Position numbers and translations under genes: made by a program. 64,000 bases of DNA, taken from positions 105,896,001 through 105,960,000 of the forward strand of contig NC_043001.1 in NCBI RefSeq assembly GCF_006345805.1. The letters are read 5' to 3'. Within the stretch, counting starts at the first letter, position 1. Each line of letters opens with the position of its first letter. Positions 26,615 through 40,779 of the stretch are shown in pieces. Origin of the DNA: Octopus sinensis (taxonomy: Eukaryota). The notes beneath the pieces were generated by a model, which did not search any database, was not told where the DNA came from, and saw only the letters and a program-made list of their open reading frames with translations.

Positions 26615-26949
26615 ATGTTAATATGCCAATCTCTTCTTTTTGTACATACATGTCGTGTATGTCACACTTACTTCAGAGGAGTGAGTGGGAAAGCGAGAGA
26701 GAGGAGGACAGAGAGGAAGTAAGTGAGAGAGTGAGAGACACTGAAAGAAGCAGTGAATGGCGACGGCTTTCGTTTTGTGCTTTCAAATGTTTCGGAGAGG
26801 ATGTAAGAGAGAAAGAGAGAGTAATAGAGAAAAAAAGTTAGAGAAAGAGAGAGAGATAGAGGCAGAGAGAGTGAAATAGACAGTGAATGGTGACGGTGTT
26901 CGTTTTGTGCTTTTAAACGTGTATCACATCGCAAGATTAGTATAGACCG

Positions 26950-27600
26950 TAATGTTCGCTGCATATTGCAGCAGGTCTTCATCACTATTTGTCACATACT
27001 CGGCAAGCATTCTCCTTTCACTCCTTATAGAATGGTCTATACTAATTAGTCCTCTGCCACCATTCTTTCTTTTCATATTTCCGTTTGCTTTAGGGTGTAA
27101 CGCTCATGAAGCGTCATCAACTTTCTCGTATTTCTATCCAGTGTTGATGTTTCTTCTTTGAGGAAGGACGCACTATATCTGACCACTTCAACCGCCCAGA
27201 TATTCATCGCGGTAATCAAAGTTTTAGCATTTAAGTTGGATTTCAACACCATGTTCACCATTTTTTGATACGCGTCTCTTACCTTGACTTTGTAGACTGT
27301 CAAGCTCCAAAATCCCTAAATAGCTATACCCACTGCTGCGCTGTTCACCCACGGTCTCTCCTGAAGATAACCGCAATCCTCAGCAATCTGCTTTCTTCCC
27401 ACTTTTCATATTGAGAATTTGGTGATCCCAAATCCCATACCGATGTCCCTAACACACTTCTGAACTGTTTTGGTTAAGGAATCTGTTTTTCAGATTTCCC
27501 AAACAATTTCAAGTCATCCATAAACAAAAGATGTTTCAACGATGGGCCTTTCTTTCGACATCAGCAACCCATCTTAATTTTCGTGTCATTGTTAGGGTAT
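26950..27600 (-). mobile_element. R4/Dong-type LINE reverse-transcriptase relic
   Basis: HLLFMDDLKLFGKSEKQI (catalytic FMDD, 27486-27533), DIGMGFG, YSYLGILE, VLKSNLNAKTLITAMNIWAVEVVRYS, LDRNTRKLMT, KRKNGGRGLISI; abuts (TAA)n at its 5' end. Confidence 0.85.
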
Positions 27601-27614
27601 TAGTGCAATTATTA

Positions 27615-27668
<54 letters not shown>

Positions 27669-28428
27669 CTTCATCTTCATCATCATGATCATGATCATCA
27701 TCATAATCATCATCAACAACAACCTAATTTTATGAACATCATAATTAATATCACTTCAATGAAATATTCATCACCAAAATGTTCTAATCGCTTATATTTC
27801 CGTCTTGTTACCCAAAAGGTTATGGAAATTAATTGCAAAGTGCATTTTGGAAGCATATTTTCAAATAATTTTGTAGATTCTGTGTCCGAGTCTCTTGGCT
27901 GTTCGTACTATTTATTTACTTGTTCTAGATGAGAAAAATAAGAATTTCTATCAACCCAGAACACTTGCTAATATTCGTTTGGTAGAGAAAAATATACAAA
28001 ATCATCATTATGAATTTGTCTTCAGGGAATCGAGTTAACGAGATTAAAAAACAGTAGGTTGGGAATAATTTTCTAATATTTTATTTTCTACGACGAAATC
28101 CTAAGTGCAGAAAATTAGTAATAAGTACTTGGAATTGAAATTTCGCATACGCCATTTATTTTTTTGTAGTAAGTTGTATTAAATGGCATCTTTCTAAATT
28201 AATACGTCATTAATACGTAAAACGGGAGCCAGCGCGGAGAAATGGAGAGATTTAATTAACGTCTGGCCGTTCAGAGTGGAAACGTATATAAATATTCTAC
28301 TGTAGAAATGAGCTATGAGAAAAGCTGATAGGAAAGAAACAGCGACAAAAATGTATACGACATTAATGACATAAATAAATACATAAATAAATGAATAAAT
28401 AAATACACATGTATTGTATTTGTATATA

Positions 28429-28760
28429 TATGGTGGACCAAAATGTTCTGACACATTTGGAGGATTAATAAAAGCACAAACTAAGAAATAATGAAAAGAA
28501 AAATGTTATTTTCTGAATGTACATATAATGCCATTTTATTTCATTAAGTTTTAAAAATTCAATCAGCTAAATGCTTCCCATAATTGTGAACACACAGTTC
28601 GAGAAGTTCATGAAAGTTATCGATAATTCTATGGATCATTTCTTCTGCAATGGTGAAATGTGATTTCTTCTTGTGGGGATATTTAAAATCAAAAGTATTC
28701 AGTCATCGCCCTGTGTCTATTGATAAATTAAAACGTGCAATTTATGTAGAAATAGCAACG
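28429..28760. mobile_element. Tc1/mariner-superfamily transposon relic with internal inversion
   Basis: CDFFLWGYLKSKVFSHRPVSIDKLKRAIYVEIA on + (about 28658-28760); its continuation TIAEEMIHRIIDNFHELLELCVHNYGKHLAD on - (about 28655-28560); TIR-like TATGGTGGACCAAAA near 28429. Confidence 0.75.
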
Positions 28761-28761
28761 G

Positions 28762-29134
28762 GGCACTCCGTCGATTACGACGACGAAGGTTCCAGTTACT
28801 CCGATCAACAGCCTGTGCGGGAATTAATGTGCAAATGGCTGAGCAATCCACAGACATGCATGCCCTTAACGTAGTTCTCGGAGAGATTCAGCTCAAAAGA
28901 GAATGCGACAAGGCTGGCCCCTTTGAAATACAAGTACAGCAGAAACAGGAAAAAAGAGTGAGAGAAAGTTATGGTGAGAGAGTACAGCAGGGCTCACCAC
29001 CGCCCCCTGCTGGAGCCTCGTACAGCTTTAGGTGTTTTCACTCAATAAACACTCAAAATGTTCGGTCTGGGAATCGAAACCGCGATGCTACGCCCGCGAG
29101 ATCGCTGTCCTAACCATTGAGCCGTTGCTCTTCC
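28762..29134 (-). mobile_element. SINE family C (tRNA-derived, OR-type)
   Basis: Minus strand: GGAAGAGCAACGGCTCAATGGTTAGG (A box)...GGTTTCGATTCCCAG (B box), then a non-tRNA body ending GACGGAGTGCCC. Confidence 0.8.
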
Positions 29135-29189
29135 ACATTTATATGTAGATAGAAAGCTAAATTCAGATATATATATATATATACAGAAT

Positions 29190-29223
<34 letters not shown>

Positions 29224-31427
29224 ATCAATGTCTCTATGCACGAACACACATACTCAGACATAGTAATATGCTGAGACGCAGACAAATTTTATGAAAATTA
29301 ACTCTGGTTCACAGACTTTTATACGTGTATATTTTGTAAATATAAAGAAATTACTATGAATTGATCTGAATTGAATTGGACCGGTTTCAGCTCATGAGAT
29401 GTGACCATGGTGGGGCACCGCTATTTGTTCTTGCTACATAACTTTCACTTCAGTGATTCATTTTGGAACTGGACAATTGGTGCATGAGGGAGTGTGACGC
29501 CGCTGCTCTCACTGGCACTTCCTGCTGTGAAGTTGGTTCATCTGCAACTCTCCACAACATGAAATCTAGTTTGAAATGTAGCTACGTTTTGAAACCACTA
29601 ATGACGAAATTGCTTTCTACTTTATGTGGTATTTGAAAGAGCGTGTTATGCTTTCGAAAATATATTTGTAGCTAAAAAAACAAAACTAGTGTATTCTAGT
29701 ATACGCTGTCTATATATTCTCGTCTCGCAGAGAAGACTGAGGAAGTGAGTGGCGCTGTCTGAGACGTGAAGAAAAAATATAGAATTTAAATAAAAACACA
29801 AAGGTGGAAAAGCAATTTGAATTCTTAAGCTGAGAAAGTTTCTGCATCTGACCTAAAACAACTCTTCTTCCAATACTTAATAAGCAACAAAATGACTTTT
29901 AACATGAATTTGTTGAATCTTCCAAGTTTTATTCCAGAGTGACTTCATAAGCGGATTTTATTCTGCTTGCATTATTCGGAGTTGTTTTTTACTTTACGCA
30001 AGCGAAAGCTACTGTCTGTTAATTGAAGAAAAAAGCATACGAGCATTCTTGTTTATGTAACCATATATGCATATGTGTGGATAAATAAAATGATATATAT
30101 ATGAACACGCACACACACAAACACACTCACACAAGCACATATATCCGTAAGCTTATATGCATAATTTAGATATATGTGAGTGTGTGTATGTGTGTGTGTG
30201 TGTGATTTAACGTACACAGTTTAACGATACAAGCTACTAACATTTTCTTGCTTTAGAAACGCGACTCTAGACAGGTTTTTATAACATGCCTTGTGTCTCC
30301 AAGCAGTCCTTTGTCTCTGAGCACATGTCTTATTACATTTACAAAAATCAGGACGCTAGAGCAAGAGAAATCAAGAGAAAAAAAATTTGAAGATGGTATA
30401 TGCATATGTGAAAGACAAAAAAAACTCAGAAACTTACAGATGTGTTCCCTTCGACCGTAATTAAACAGGTAATTAAGCTAGTTGTTGTAGAACAACGCAA
30501 CAAAGAGGAGGACCAAAATCTGCGAGGCAGCTGCTTAATCTAGAGCGGACGGTCAGGGATGTCCTTCAATTCAACACAAACAATTTTCCATATGCATTTG
30601 CTGACAATTTTGCAACTGCAATTTGATGGAGCAGTGGAATTCCTAGATCTAAAAAGAATATGCGATCATTAACTTACGCTTAAATTGAATTTCTTAAAAC
30701 CGTTTACATATGGCACGGATTTCTCTGCGATTCCCCACTTGAACGTATGTGGTGTGGAGTTGGTGTTCAAATTCTCGATGCAGCTAACCAACTTAGTGGC
30801 TTTACTTCAGTCGATGAGTCGGAAAGAAGACGGGTGGTTTGCATAGAGTCTTTTGAAATCGCTATCGCATAATCCAAAGTAAATCTTCTTTTCGGTTAGG
30901 TTATCTTGAAGTGTTACTGTGATTTCTGCTTCTCTCGAATTTCGCTAAATTGATCTTCATGTCGCAGTCTTTTACGTACGTCTTTATATTTGACTGGAGT
31001 TATGCTAAAATCTCGTGCAATATACAGGTAACGTGATATCTGGATTTCCTAATATATATTCCATATTTTGTATGCATTTCGAAAAACAGATCTCTTTACG
31101 TGTCATATTATAATCGGCAGCAACTGTTTTTCAGAGAATTGGGTGCATCGTTGTCTCCAAATTTAATATTGGGTTTTAATTCTAATGTCAAATGAATGAA
31201 TTTTTAACGAGTCATCATAATATATATATAAATACGTCAGTAATTCTTGTATGCCATTTTTAATGAATGCTACCTATCTCCTCTTCGTCCTTTCACCATC
31301 TCCGTAAGCTAAATGCAAAATTATTCTACAAGATCAGTGACATTCTTATAACGTCATTAGCAATGTAATAAAATATTCTTAATGGAACAAATGCAAAGAA
31401 TACAACATAAAGTAGTCGATTTAAAAT

Positions 31428-31770
31428 GTTCTTTTCTATTCTAGTCATAAGGCCCGATTTATCCACCACGAAAGGATGAAAGGCAATGTCGACCTCGGCG
31501 GAATTGGAACTCAGGACGTAACGGTAGACGAAATACTTATTTCTTTACTACCCGCATGGGGCTAAGCACAGAGAGGACAAAACAAGGATAGACAAACGGA
31601 TTAAGTCGATTATATCGACCCCAGTGCGCAACTCGTACTTATTTAATCGACCCTGAAATGATGAAAGGCAAAGTCGACCTCGGCGGAATTTGAACTCAGA
31701 ACGTAAGGGCAGACGAAATACGGCTACGCATTTCGCCCAGCGTGTTAACGTTTCTACCAGCTCGCCACCT
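31428..31770 (-). mobile_element. SINE family B, 1.5-unit copy with 15-bp TSD
   Basis: Same GTAGTAAAGAAATA(G/A)G-(T/C)ATTTCGTC re-entry junction as the 12266 copy; TSD TAGT(C/T)GATTTAAAAT at 31413-31427 and 31771-31785. Confidence 0.85.
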
Positions 31771-32869
31771 TAGTTGATTTAAAATACTATCATACCGATA
31801 AATGAAACAAACTTCCTAGAATTAATATTCTCGTTAAAAGTATAATTCTTTCCTTCAGTCCATACAAAAGTGCAATGCTTTTCCCTATAAATTATAATAA
31901 ACTATATTAATCTATAGATGTTTGTAGGCGAATATTTCCCAGTAAGATGAAAACTACTTTACATATAGGCATTACATTTTTCATATGGGGGGCAATCCGT
32001 AAAATCAAGTCATTCAGAAGTAATGTATTTTGCATCGATTTTTCACTGAGAGTAATTTGAATATTTGATAAAGAGTTTGTACGGATTTGACATCAAGAAA
32101 TGGCGTTATGTAGCACCTCTAAATATATAATATTCCAAAGTATAATCAGTATTACGGAACGCATTTAAAATACAGAACTGCTTTAGGAAGTTCATAAGTA
32201 TTGCTGGCTTGAATGAATGCTGCCCATTATGTTAAGGTTTACGAAGGCTGTATGGTGTGTAAAATTTCTACTGCATATATAGCATAACAGGTATCATATA
32301 CGCGAATAGACAGGAAAACGCTGAGAATTAACTTATCCAGGTAGCAGTTGAAATATTAATAAGAATGAGAACGCTTGAAAATCTATGAAATTGAGGAAAA
32401 AAAATTAGATTTAAAACAACAATAGTTAATCAATTACTTGAAACTTGCTCCATTGTTATAAGAGAAATGAATTTAGTATAACGTAGAAATCAAAAAATAT
32501 TTGATAGCAAGTTTTAATGTTTAGAAGTAGAGCTATCTATTATGAACACCATCAGCAGTGAAAATATTAAAAATATACAATAATATTTATGAATAATCTG
32601 TGTGAATATATTTATATAGGGAACAATTTCCTCTTTAGATATGCTGGTAATTCAATACTAAATGATATCATTTATCATAGAGCTTACGCTTCTCGCTGCT
32701 GAAATCGAATAACGAATGAACATGTAATTGGTTTCCTGGAGGAAATAGGCCCGTTTTTTTTAATGTTGAGAAGCAAACATTAGCGGATTGCAATAGCGTC
32801 ATTGTTGTCACTTGCTTTGAAAGACCGACCGCGGTTTACTAATGATAAATAATATATATCATCTATCCC

Positions 32870-32975
32870 TGTCTGTCTGTGTGCCTGTCTGTCTGTGTGT
32901 GTGTCTGCCTGCCTGTGTGTCTGTCGGTCTGTCTCTCTAGCTCTTTCTCTATTTTAACCCTCTCTCCCTGTATAT

Positions 32976-33006
<31 letters not shown>

Positions 33007-33017
33007 CATATATACAA

Positions 33018-33074
<57 letters not shown>

Positions 33075-33330
33075 TGTACGTATATATATACATACATATA
33101 TATATACATATGTATGTATATATATACATATATGTATGTATATATATACATACACGCACACACACACACACATATATGTATATATATACATATATGTATG
33201 TATATATATACATACACGCACACACACACACATATATATATATATATGTATGTATATGTATATACTCATATATATATATGTACATATATATTCGTATATA
33301 TATATATATATATACGTATATACAATTATA
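32870..33330. repeat. (TGTC)n/(TA)n/(CA)n compound microsatellite
   Basis: Direct inspection. Confidence 0.95.
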
Positions 33331-35074
33331 TATAAAAGTACCATATCTATATATTCAAATAAAATACTAACTCTAACCGTGTGTTTACCTTTAGCGATTT
33401 CCATTGACGTTTTTATCACCTCATCGAGTTTTTATTATTAATATTGCCTCTTGCGCAAATTGGTAAAATTTTAGGGCCAAGTTAAATACATCCTCACAAT
33501 AACCCATTCTGCCCTCTCTGATGAATATTTACCACAGGAATTAGCCATACTATTAGTAATAAAATGGATAGTTTTGATCAACTTGTATGTAAACAGGAAC
33601 CATGACAAAATTTTTTCGGACGGCCTCGAACTTACTATCCTCCTCAGTTTCGGTACATTTGCTACCTGAATTCCTATATAATAAATCACAGTTAGATTTA
33701 ATACAGCCATTGTATTCATTAACGTCCGTTTCACATCTGTGTTTTCTAAAGCCTTTCTCTATATATCTCTGTTATTTTCTTAGTTGCCTTACATTTCTTT
33801 TTATATAAAAGTAAAATGTTGGAGAGACGGTGAATTGGTGATGCATTGTGCTACACTGTGAAGGCAAATATTCTCTAATGAAAGGACTCGCTGCATAAAA
33901 ACTTAATTTAGGGGTGTGGAGTAAGACTAATTACTTTCAATACAGAGACTATGGCCGTAATGAGACGAAGGCATTATTAGCATAAATGACAAACCTGTCG
34001 GACTACACTTAGGCCCCTCAACCAGCTATCAATTATCAATGTACAAAACCATTTCCAAGACATGAAGACATGTAAAACTCAAAAAACAAAAGGAGACATC
34101 TCCTAAGTGTAAGTGAATCACGAATGAATAATGTTACAAAGCATTAACCGTTTGCCTTAGCTTCCCTAATAAGAAAATAAGACATTGAATGGCGAATCTA
34201 GCATTAGAAATTCTTAGGGATATTTATAATCAATGGATGTCTTTGCCGAAATTTATAATTTATTTCACTATAGTTCTATTTAGTATTGTATGTCGTCATA
34301 AAAGGAATCAAAATTATAATTGCATCATTCTTTTTATCTTCTTTCTCAAATAATATATATCTAATTCTAACAGCGTTAGTTCATGTATTGTATTTAATAA
34401 ATTTTCGTATTCCAGCTAATATCTACTTTAAGTGAACTCTAACAAATTTAGATTGAATTTGTCTCTGATTAGCAAAATATAATTTAGTGAAATGCAATCG
34501 GGTTAACTGAAGATGTATCGAATTCAATTTTACTTCTAAGCAAAACTATAAATAAATAAATAAAGAAGGAAAGAAAGAAAAGAGAACTGACAATATTGGA
34601 AATATTCATTTGCATTAAAAACAGATGCAAACAAATGAACTGTATCACTCGTTGAAATTAAATATAATGTTTATGTTTAGAATGACATTTATAATGATTA
34701 TCTTCCGTTTATATATTCCAGAAATATACAAGAGAAAGTAGACGCGGTATATGTATGTGAATATGTTTCACGTTTTTGTTGTGCTTTTTTTTTTTGTTTT
34801 ATTGGAATGTTTAATTTTGGATTAGTTTAATTTTAAAACTTCTATCGTTGAAATTAATTCAGAATTTTTTTTCTGAAAATGCTTACGTAGATATCTAAAT
34901 TATTAGAATTAGCTGTCTCTAAGAAAAGGTCAACAATATTTAGAGTTAAAGTAAACATTTCCAGGGAAATGTGTATAGGATATAATCTAAATTTTAACAA
35001 GATTTGGCGATCCTTCGATATTAGGGCAAGTTTTCTATTTCATCTGAGAACACCGCTAAAAGTATACTTTTTCT

Positions 35075-35129
<55 letters not shown>

Positions 35130-35171
35130 ATCATTTACATATGCCTGCATGCATGCATGTATGTATGTATG

Positions 35172-35234
<63 letters not shown>

Positions 35235-35304
35235 CATTTACATATGCCTGCATGCATGCATGTATGTATGTATGTATGTATGTGTATATATATATATATA
35301 TAAA

Positions 35305-35498
35305 TTATTCTTTTATTTGTTTCAGTCATTTGACTGTGGCCATGCTGGAGCAAATCGACCTCAGGACTTATCCTTTGTAAGACTAGTACTTATTCTATCG
35401 GACTCTTTTGCTGAACCACGAAGTTACGGGGGACGTGAACACACCAACATCGGTAGTCAAGCGATGGTAGGGGGACACAAACAAACACATACACACAC

Positions 35499-35555
<57 letters not shown>

Positions 35556-35614
35556 TAGATAGATAGATAGGTAGATAGGTAGGTAGGTAGATAGATAGAT
35601 AGATAGATAGATAG

Positions 35615-35665
<51 letters not shown>

Positions 35666-35666
35666 T

Positions 35667-35720
<54 letters not shown>

Positions 35721-35881
35721 CAACGGGTTTCTTTCAGTTTCCGCCTACCAAATACACTCAGAAGGCTTTGGTCGGCCCGAGGCTATAGTAGAATACACTT
35801 GCACAAGGTGCCACGCTGTGGGACCGAACCCGGAACCATGTGGTTCGTGAGCACGCTTCTTACCACACAGCAACCCCTACG

Positions 35882-35883
<2 letters not shown>
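35305..35883 (-). mobile_element. SINE family A copy with expanded internal (TA)n/(TAGA)n
   Basis: Both halves match family A; internal tract 35480-35720 is greatly expanded. Confidence 0.88.
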
Positions 35884-35921
<38 letters not shown>

Positions 35922-37701
35922 GACATGCATGTATGTATGTATGTACGTATGTATAAATACAGACATAAATACTCACACACAGTAAAGAGGTTGGGTTAGA
36001 CAGGATCTCTGATACGGTAGAATGATATGGAGAAGAGGATGTTGCCCATACAACACGATCCCATCCCACTGGACGTCGCTGATGGATTTAAAGGAAAAGA
36101 GCGGCCTTTAAAATTTGGTGCCAATTTCGATGCTGGAGTTACCAGAACGAGGTTATACGTAACGACACTTTACCACATGAGCACTAACTGATAATTGCTC
36201 TTTGTTTCCTTCAGAAGCCTCTCCCACGTAGAGGGAAGGCTACATGGCATCAGAAGTCTACTGTCGAAAATATCTACAACAGTTTAATCGTAACATGTTC
36301 CTGGTTAATTTTCATGATTGTTTATTCAATCCATTTGCAGGTGATATACAATTTTAGTGGAATTGTTTGTCGTCACTTACTGGTGTGTTTGAAAATACGA
36401 ATATTGTTTGTCATTTTATGAAATAAATGTTGAAGATGAAAAACGTTTCACCCGTGGATTGTAAATAGACAATCTATGGGAAAGTAGTTTATTTCACTAT
36501 CAGGAACATTGCAACTAATTAAAATTTAAATTTTACCCATTCACAAAATGCTTATACAATTCTTTGCATACAGTATTACCGTATTATTCTTGAATACAGT
36601 ATTACCGTATTATTTTCAAATAGAAATCCTCGCAATAGCTGTTTCTTTGTAAAGAACAATTTATTTGGAATAGTTATTTTGTCAGACAAAGCAGCATATA
36701 TAAGATAAACGTTAACCAAGTCAGTTAGATCAATTTTATCATATAAGTGGGCTGGTATCATTTAAACCTATGGAATGCGATATTGGCAATTTAAAAGGTC
36801 AAGAGAAATGAAAAGAAAAAATGCCCCAATATCCCATATGAATCAACCGTGATACTGGAGAACAAACGCATCCGTTTTGATATTCAAACGTAAAATTAGT
36901 GTCACTTTTGTGACTTCACGTCTTCGTGAGATGTATGTTTTTCTTGCATATGCGCAGTTTCTATTGTGTGTGTGTATGTTTTAGCCTATACGTATGTAAC
37001 GTGTCTTGGTATGGCTCTCAAAAGAAGTGCCAGTTTTTCAAGTACAGTCTTCGCTGTCTTATGAACGCACATTCACCAGTATAGATAGATCTGTGAATGT
37101 TATAGGGCATCAAATTAAAATTAATGGTGAAGGCTCAGGCGCTGCTCGGTTAAGATGTATGTTTCCAAGATGTTATATCAATATGAATGTTATTTTCGTT
37201 TATTTGGTAAAGAAGATTATTGTCATCGCATCGAAGGGCGATAACTTCAAGGTGCGAAAATATCTATATATCAAGTGTCATCACTCCAAAGATTAGGAGC
37301 AGCATTTTATATAAGAGAGACCCTGTATCATCTGACTTATGTAATGTCGAGAAATTTTTTGATGTAATGCTATGACATTGTATAAACATGAGTATCCAAT
37401 ACGCACATCGTGATCAGGCGGCATAATTTTCAATGGCAATAAAGAAGCTGAAATCCACATGTGCAGACACGAACCATTTTATACATGTTATTTCTTTTCC
37501 TTCGTGACACCGTAATATAAAATTTTGAGAAAGGAAATATTTATCGTATTTTAATACAGCATATCTAATTCATAATTTATTTCTAGAATATACATTAGAA
37601 TATTATATTTACTCTAGTCTAATGCTCGTTGTGATTATATCATAAATATCACATGCATTAATAAAAGAATATCGCAATACACACACACATACACATATAA
37701 G

Positions 37702-37772
<71 letters not shown>

Positions 37773-38619
37773 AGAGAGATAGAGAGATATATATATATAC
37801 AGATAGATAGATAGATAGATACATATGTACATATGTAAATGTGTATATATATGTATATATATATATATATATATATGCATGTATGTAAATGTATATATAT
37901 AAATATAAATATATATGTGTATATACATATATATGAGTGTGTATGTGTGTGTGTGTTTATGTGGACATAACAGCTTATAAAGAAATATAACGCTATTCAT
38001 GCAGCGCTTTATGGAATCTGTAAGTTTTATTATATCGTCAAAAATAGTATACACTGCAAATACTTTCAAACAAGATCCAAAAATAATCTTCCATAAAGGA
38101 TACAAAAATTTCAGGTGAATTTATTACCGCAGATTTAACTCAAACAAACAACTAGAAACACATTATTCAGTTTCCATTTGTCTAGGAAATCTCGTTAATA
38201 CCTCGTAATCCCATGACTTTTGTAACAGCAGACTATTTTAAGAATACACTTGCAATTCTTCAGCGTACCTATCTTATTAGGTGTTCTGACCCTTCGAGGC
38301 TTGGAAAACAGTATTGCTATTCTCGTTATTCAATTCTTACTCTTGCACTTTGTAGTCTCACGAATGAGCTATTCTTGTTTTTTTAACGTTATCACTTAAA
38401 TAAAATACAGGAACATATGAAGCGATTACATTTATCAAAACCACAAGTTCTTATTCAACTATTTTTCCTTCGTCTCCTTCCTCTCTTCCATCTTCTTGGT
38501 AGCTTATTCTATACTACTTCTACACCACCATTTCGAGATCCATGTGGGTAATTGTCCTTTGTTTAATTAGAATTAGGAAAAATAAAGTCAATGACACAAT
38601 AACTTTTTCTCTAGTGATA

Positions 38620-38790
38620 TCGGTTTCAAATATTGACTTAAGGAGAGCAATTCCGGTTGAGGGGTAAGTTTATTACATCGGTCGCAGTGCTCAAACGGTA
38701 CTTATTTTATCGACCATGTAATGGTGAAAGGCACTGTCTACCTCCACGGAATTTAAATTCAGAATGTTAATGCGGACGAAATGCTGCTAA
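38620..38790 (-). mobile_element. SINE family B, degenerate copy
   Basis: CGGTACTTATTTTATCGAC...GTGAAAGGC...GGAATTTAAATTCAGAATG. Confidence 0.7.
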
Positions 38791-40779
38791 TCACTAAGAG
38801 CTTTTTGTCCTCAACAAAAGCAGAAGAGAGGTTGCACTCAATACTTTCGACACTACATCCTGAATAACAACAGCAGTGTAGAATAGGAACGACGAGTAAA
38901 TACAGCAGTGAAGAAAACAAAATAAACAGCAGTTCCCACATCAACAATATCAACATTAACAGCAGAAGCGGTATGACAACGGCAACTGCAGGTGTGACCA
39001 CAACAAGATTAGTAAAAACAACATCAGCAATGGCGTTCACCGCAACAGACATAATACCCGACCTCCCAGGAAAGTTTCCATCTCAATGCAATTTCTTTTC
39101 TTCTTCATCTCTTTCTTCTTTCAAAGCCAACTACATAGATCGACACAACGAATACCCCACCAACACCACCACCACCACCACCACCACCACCACCACCACC
39201 ACCACCTCTACCTAACCCACATCGGATTCTTTGGACGAGAAAAACTTATTCTTGAGTTGGTGAAGGACACTGAATTCTCAAAACAGGAAAAGAATAGTAT
39301 TTTAAGGAAAAAGCTACAGTTTCTTCAGACAGTTCACACTTCCACGTGTAGCATCAACAAAACCACGTCCATATTAATGCAGATAATGCAACACTGGCAC
39401 GAATACCATTATTCCCAACACCAAACACAAAAAAAAAACCAAACAGAGAAAAGAAATAACGGAGTTACGCCAGCTGGTGAGTGCACAAATGCAACAATAT
39501 CCAAAATCGGAACTCAACTTCAACGTTTGCGTGAGGAAGTAGGACTAGTCAAACTTTGATATTCTTCATGGCGCAAAATTCCAGGAATGAGATCAAAAGT
39601 TTAATATGATAAGGCTAGAGTAGCACACTTATTCAACAATAAGGTGTAATTTCCACATTGAAATGGAAAACCCAAGTACAAGGGCCAGCTCTAGCTTCCT
39701 AAGTGATTTTTTAAAAAAAGGAGCAGCAAAATTTCATGGATCTCAAGTCTGCCGGTTTTGGTACCAGCAGATTAGTAAGTAAACTTTTTCTTTATCAATA
39801 TAGTTTTTACGACCAGCTTTTAAAGAGAGTTGTATATATCCATTTGAACTGAGACCCTCTAGAAGCAGCATAACTTGCTGAATGACGAGTATGTCGGACA
39901 TAAGTGCCTTGGAACGCAGTTTGGACGGGGTTTCAGAACTTTACATCTCTTGCTCGACCTGGAATATGAGGAAGTGCGTCGGTACTGTCTCGGAAAAACC
40001 TGGGCCTCGAGATACTTCCAATCTTCATAGACCCGGACGGTAAGTTAGCGGTCCTGCCAATAAACTACTCGCTATATATAAACCTCGACTGAGAAAGAGT
40101 AACGACATTTCCTCACATGCCTAAAAGTTTTTCTTCACGAAAGCAAATGGAATTCTATTCGTTATGCATATCTGATTGTGTGAAGTTAATGGAAATGAGA
40201 ATGGATGTAATAGCCACGCAAAACTGATCAGTCGAATTCAATTGCCTGATAAGTAACAACTGTTTGTGCTAATCATATTAAAAGATAAGACAGACAAGAA
40301 AAGTCTCCCATTTTCGGAATTCAATGTCCCCGTTTCTTTCGTTATATTTCTCGTTATTATTTTAGATATCAAGCGAGTTCACGTATGTCAATTGTCGTTC
40401 TCCTAAATTTCTGTTATGTTGCGCAAACTTGTTTTGTAGAATATTGATAAACGATATTGTGTATTAGAGGTTGTAACCTTTTGTTTTGTAGTCATTTTTC
40501 CTGTTTATTAAAATTCCTGTTATCAGTTTCAGTGTTCAAAGATTAAATTATTTGTTGTAAAACTGGCGCCTTCATTTATATTTCCTTCCTGATAAAAGCC
40601 TTTTACTTCTCCAGTAAAGAAAGCTACATTTTTAACTCTTGAATCACAAAATAATTCGAAGCAAACTCATATGTCTTCCATTAGTATTTTTTTAGTTTCC
40701 AAAAATTACTTTGTAAAGTAATCTAAAGGCAAATATTTTTCAGTCATTAAAACAAGAAGTCAGTATTTCCTTTTCCTCA

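Noticed and set aside
35080-35300. About 90-bp tandem duplication of a compound microsatellite
   Set aside because: Ordinary slippage or unequal exchange in simple repeats.
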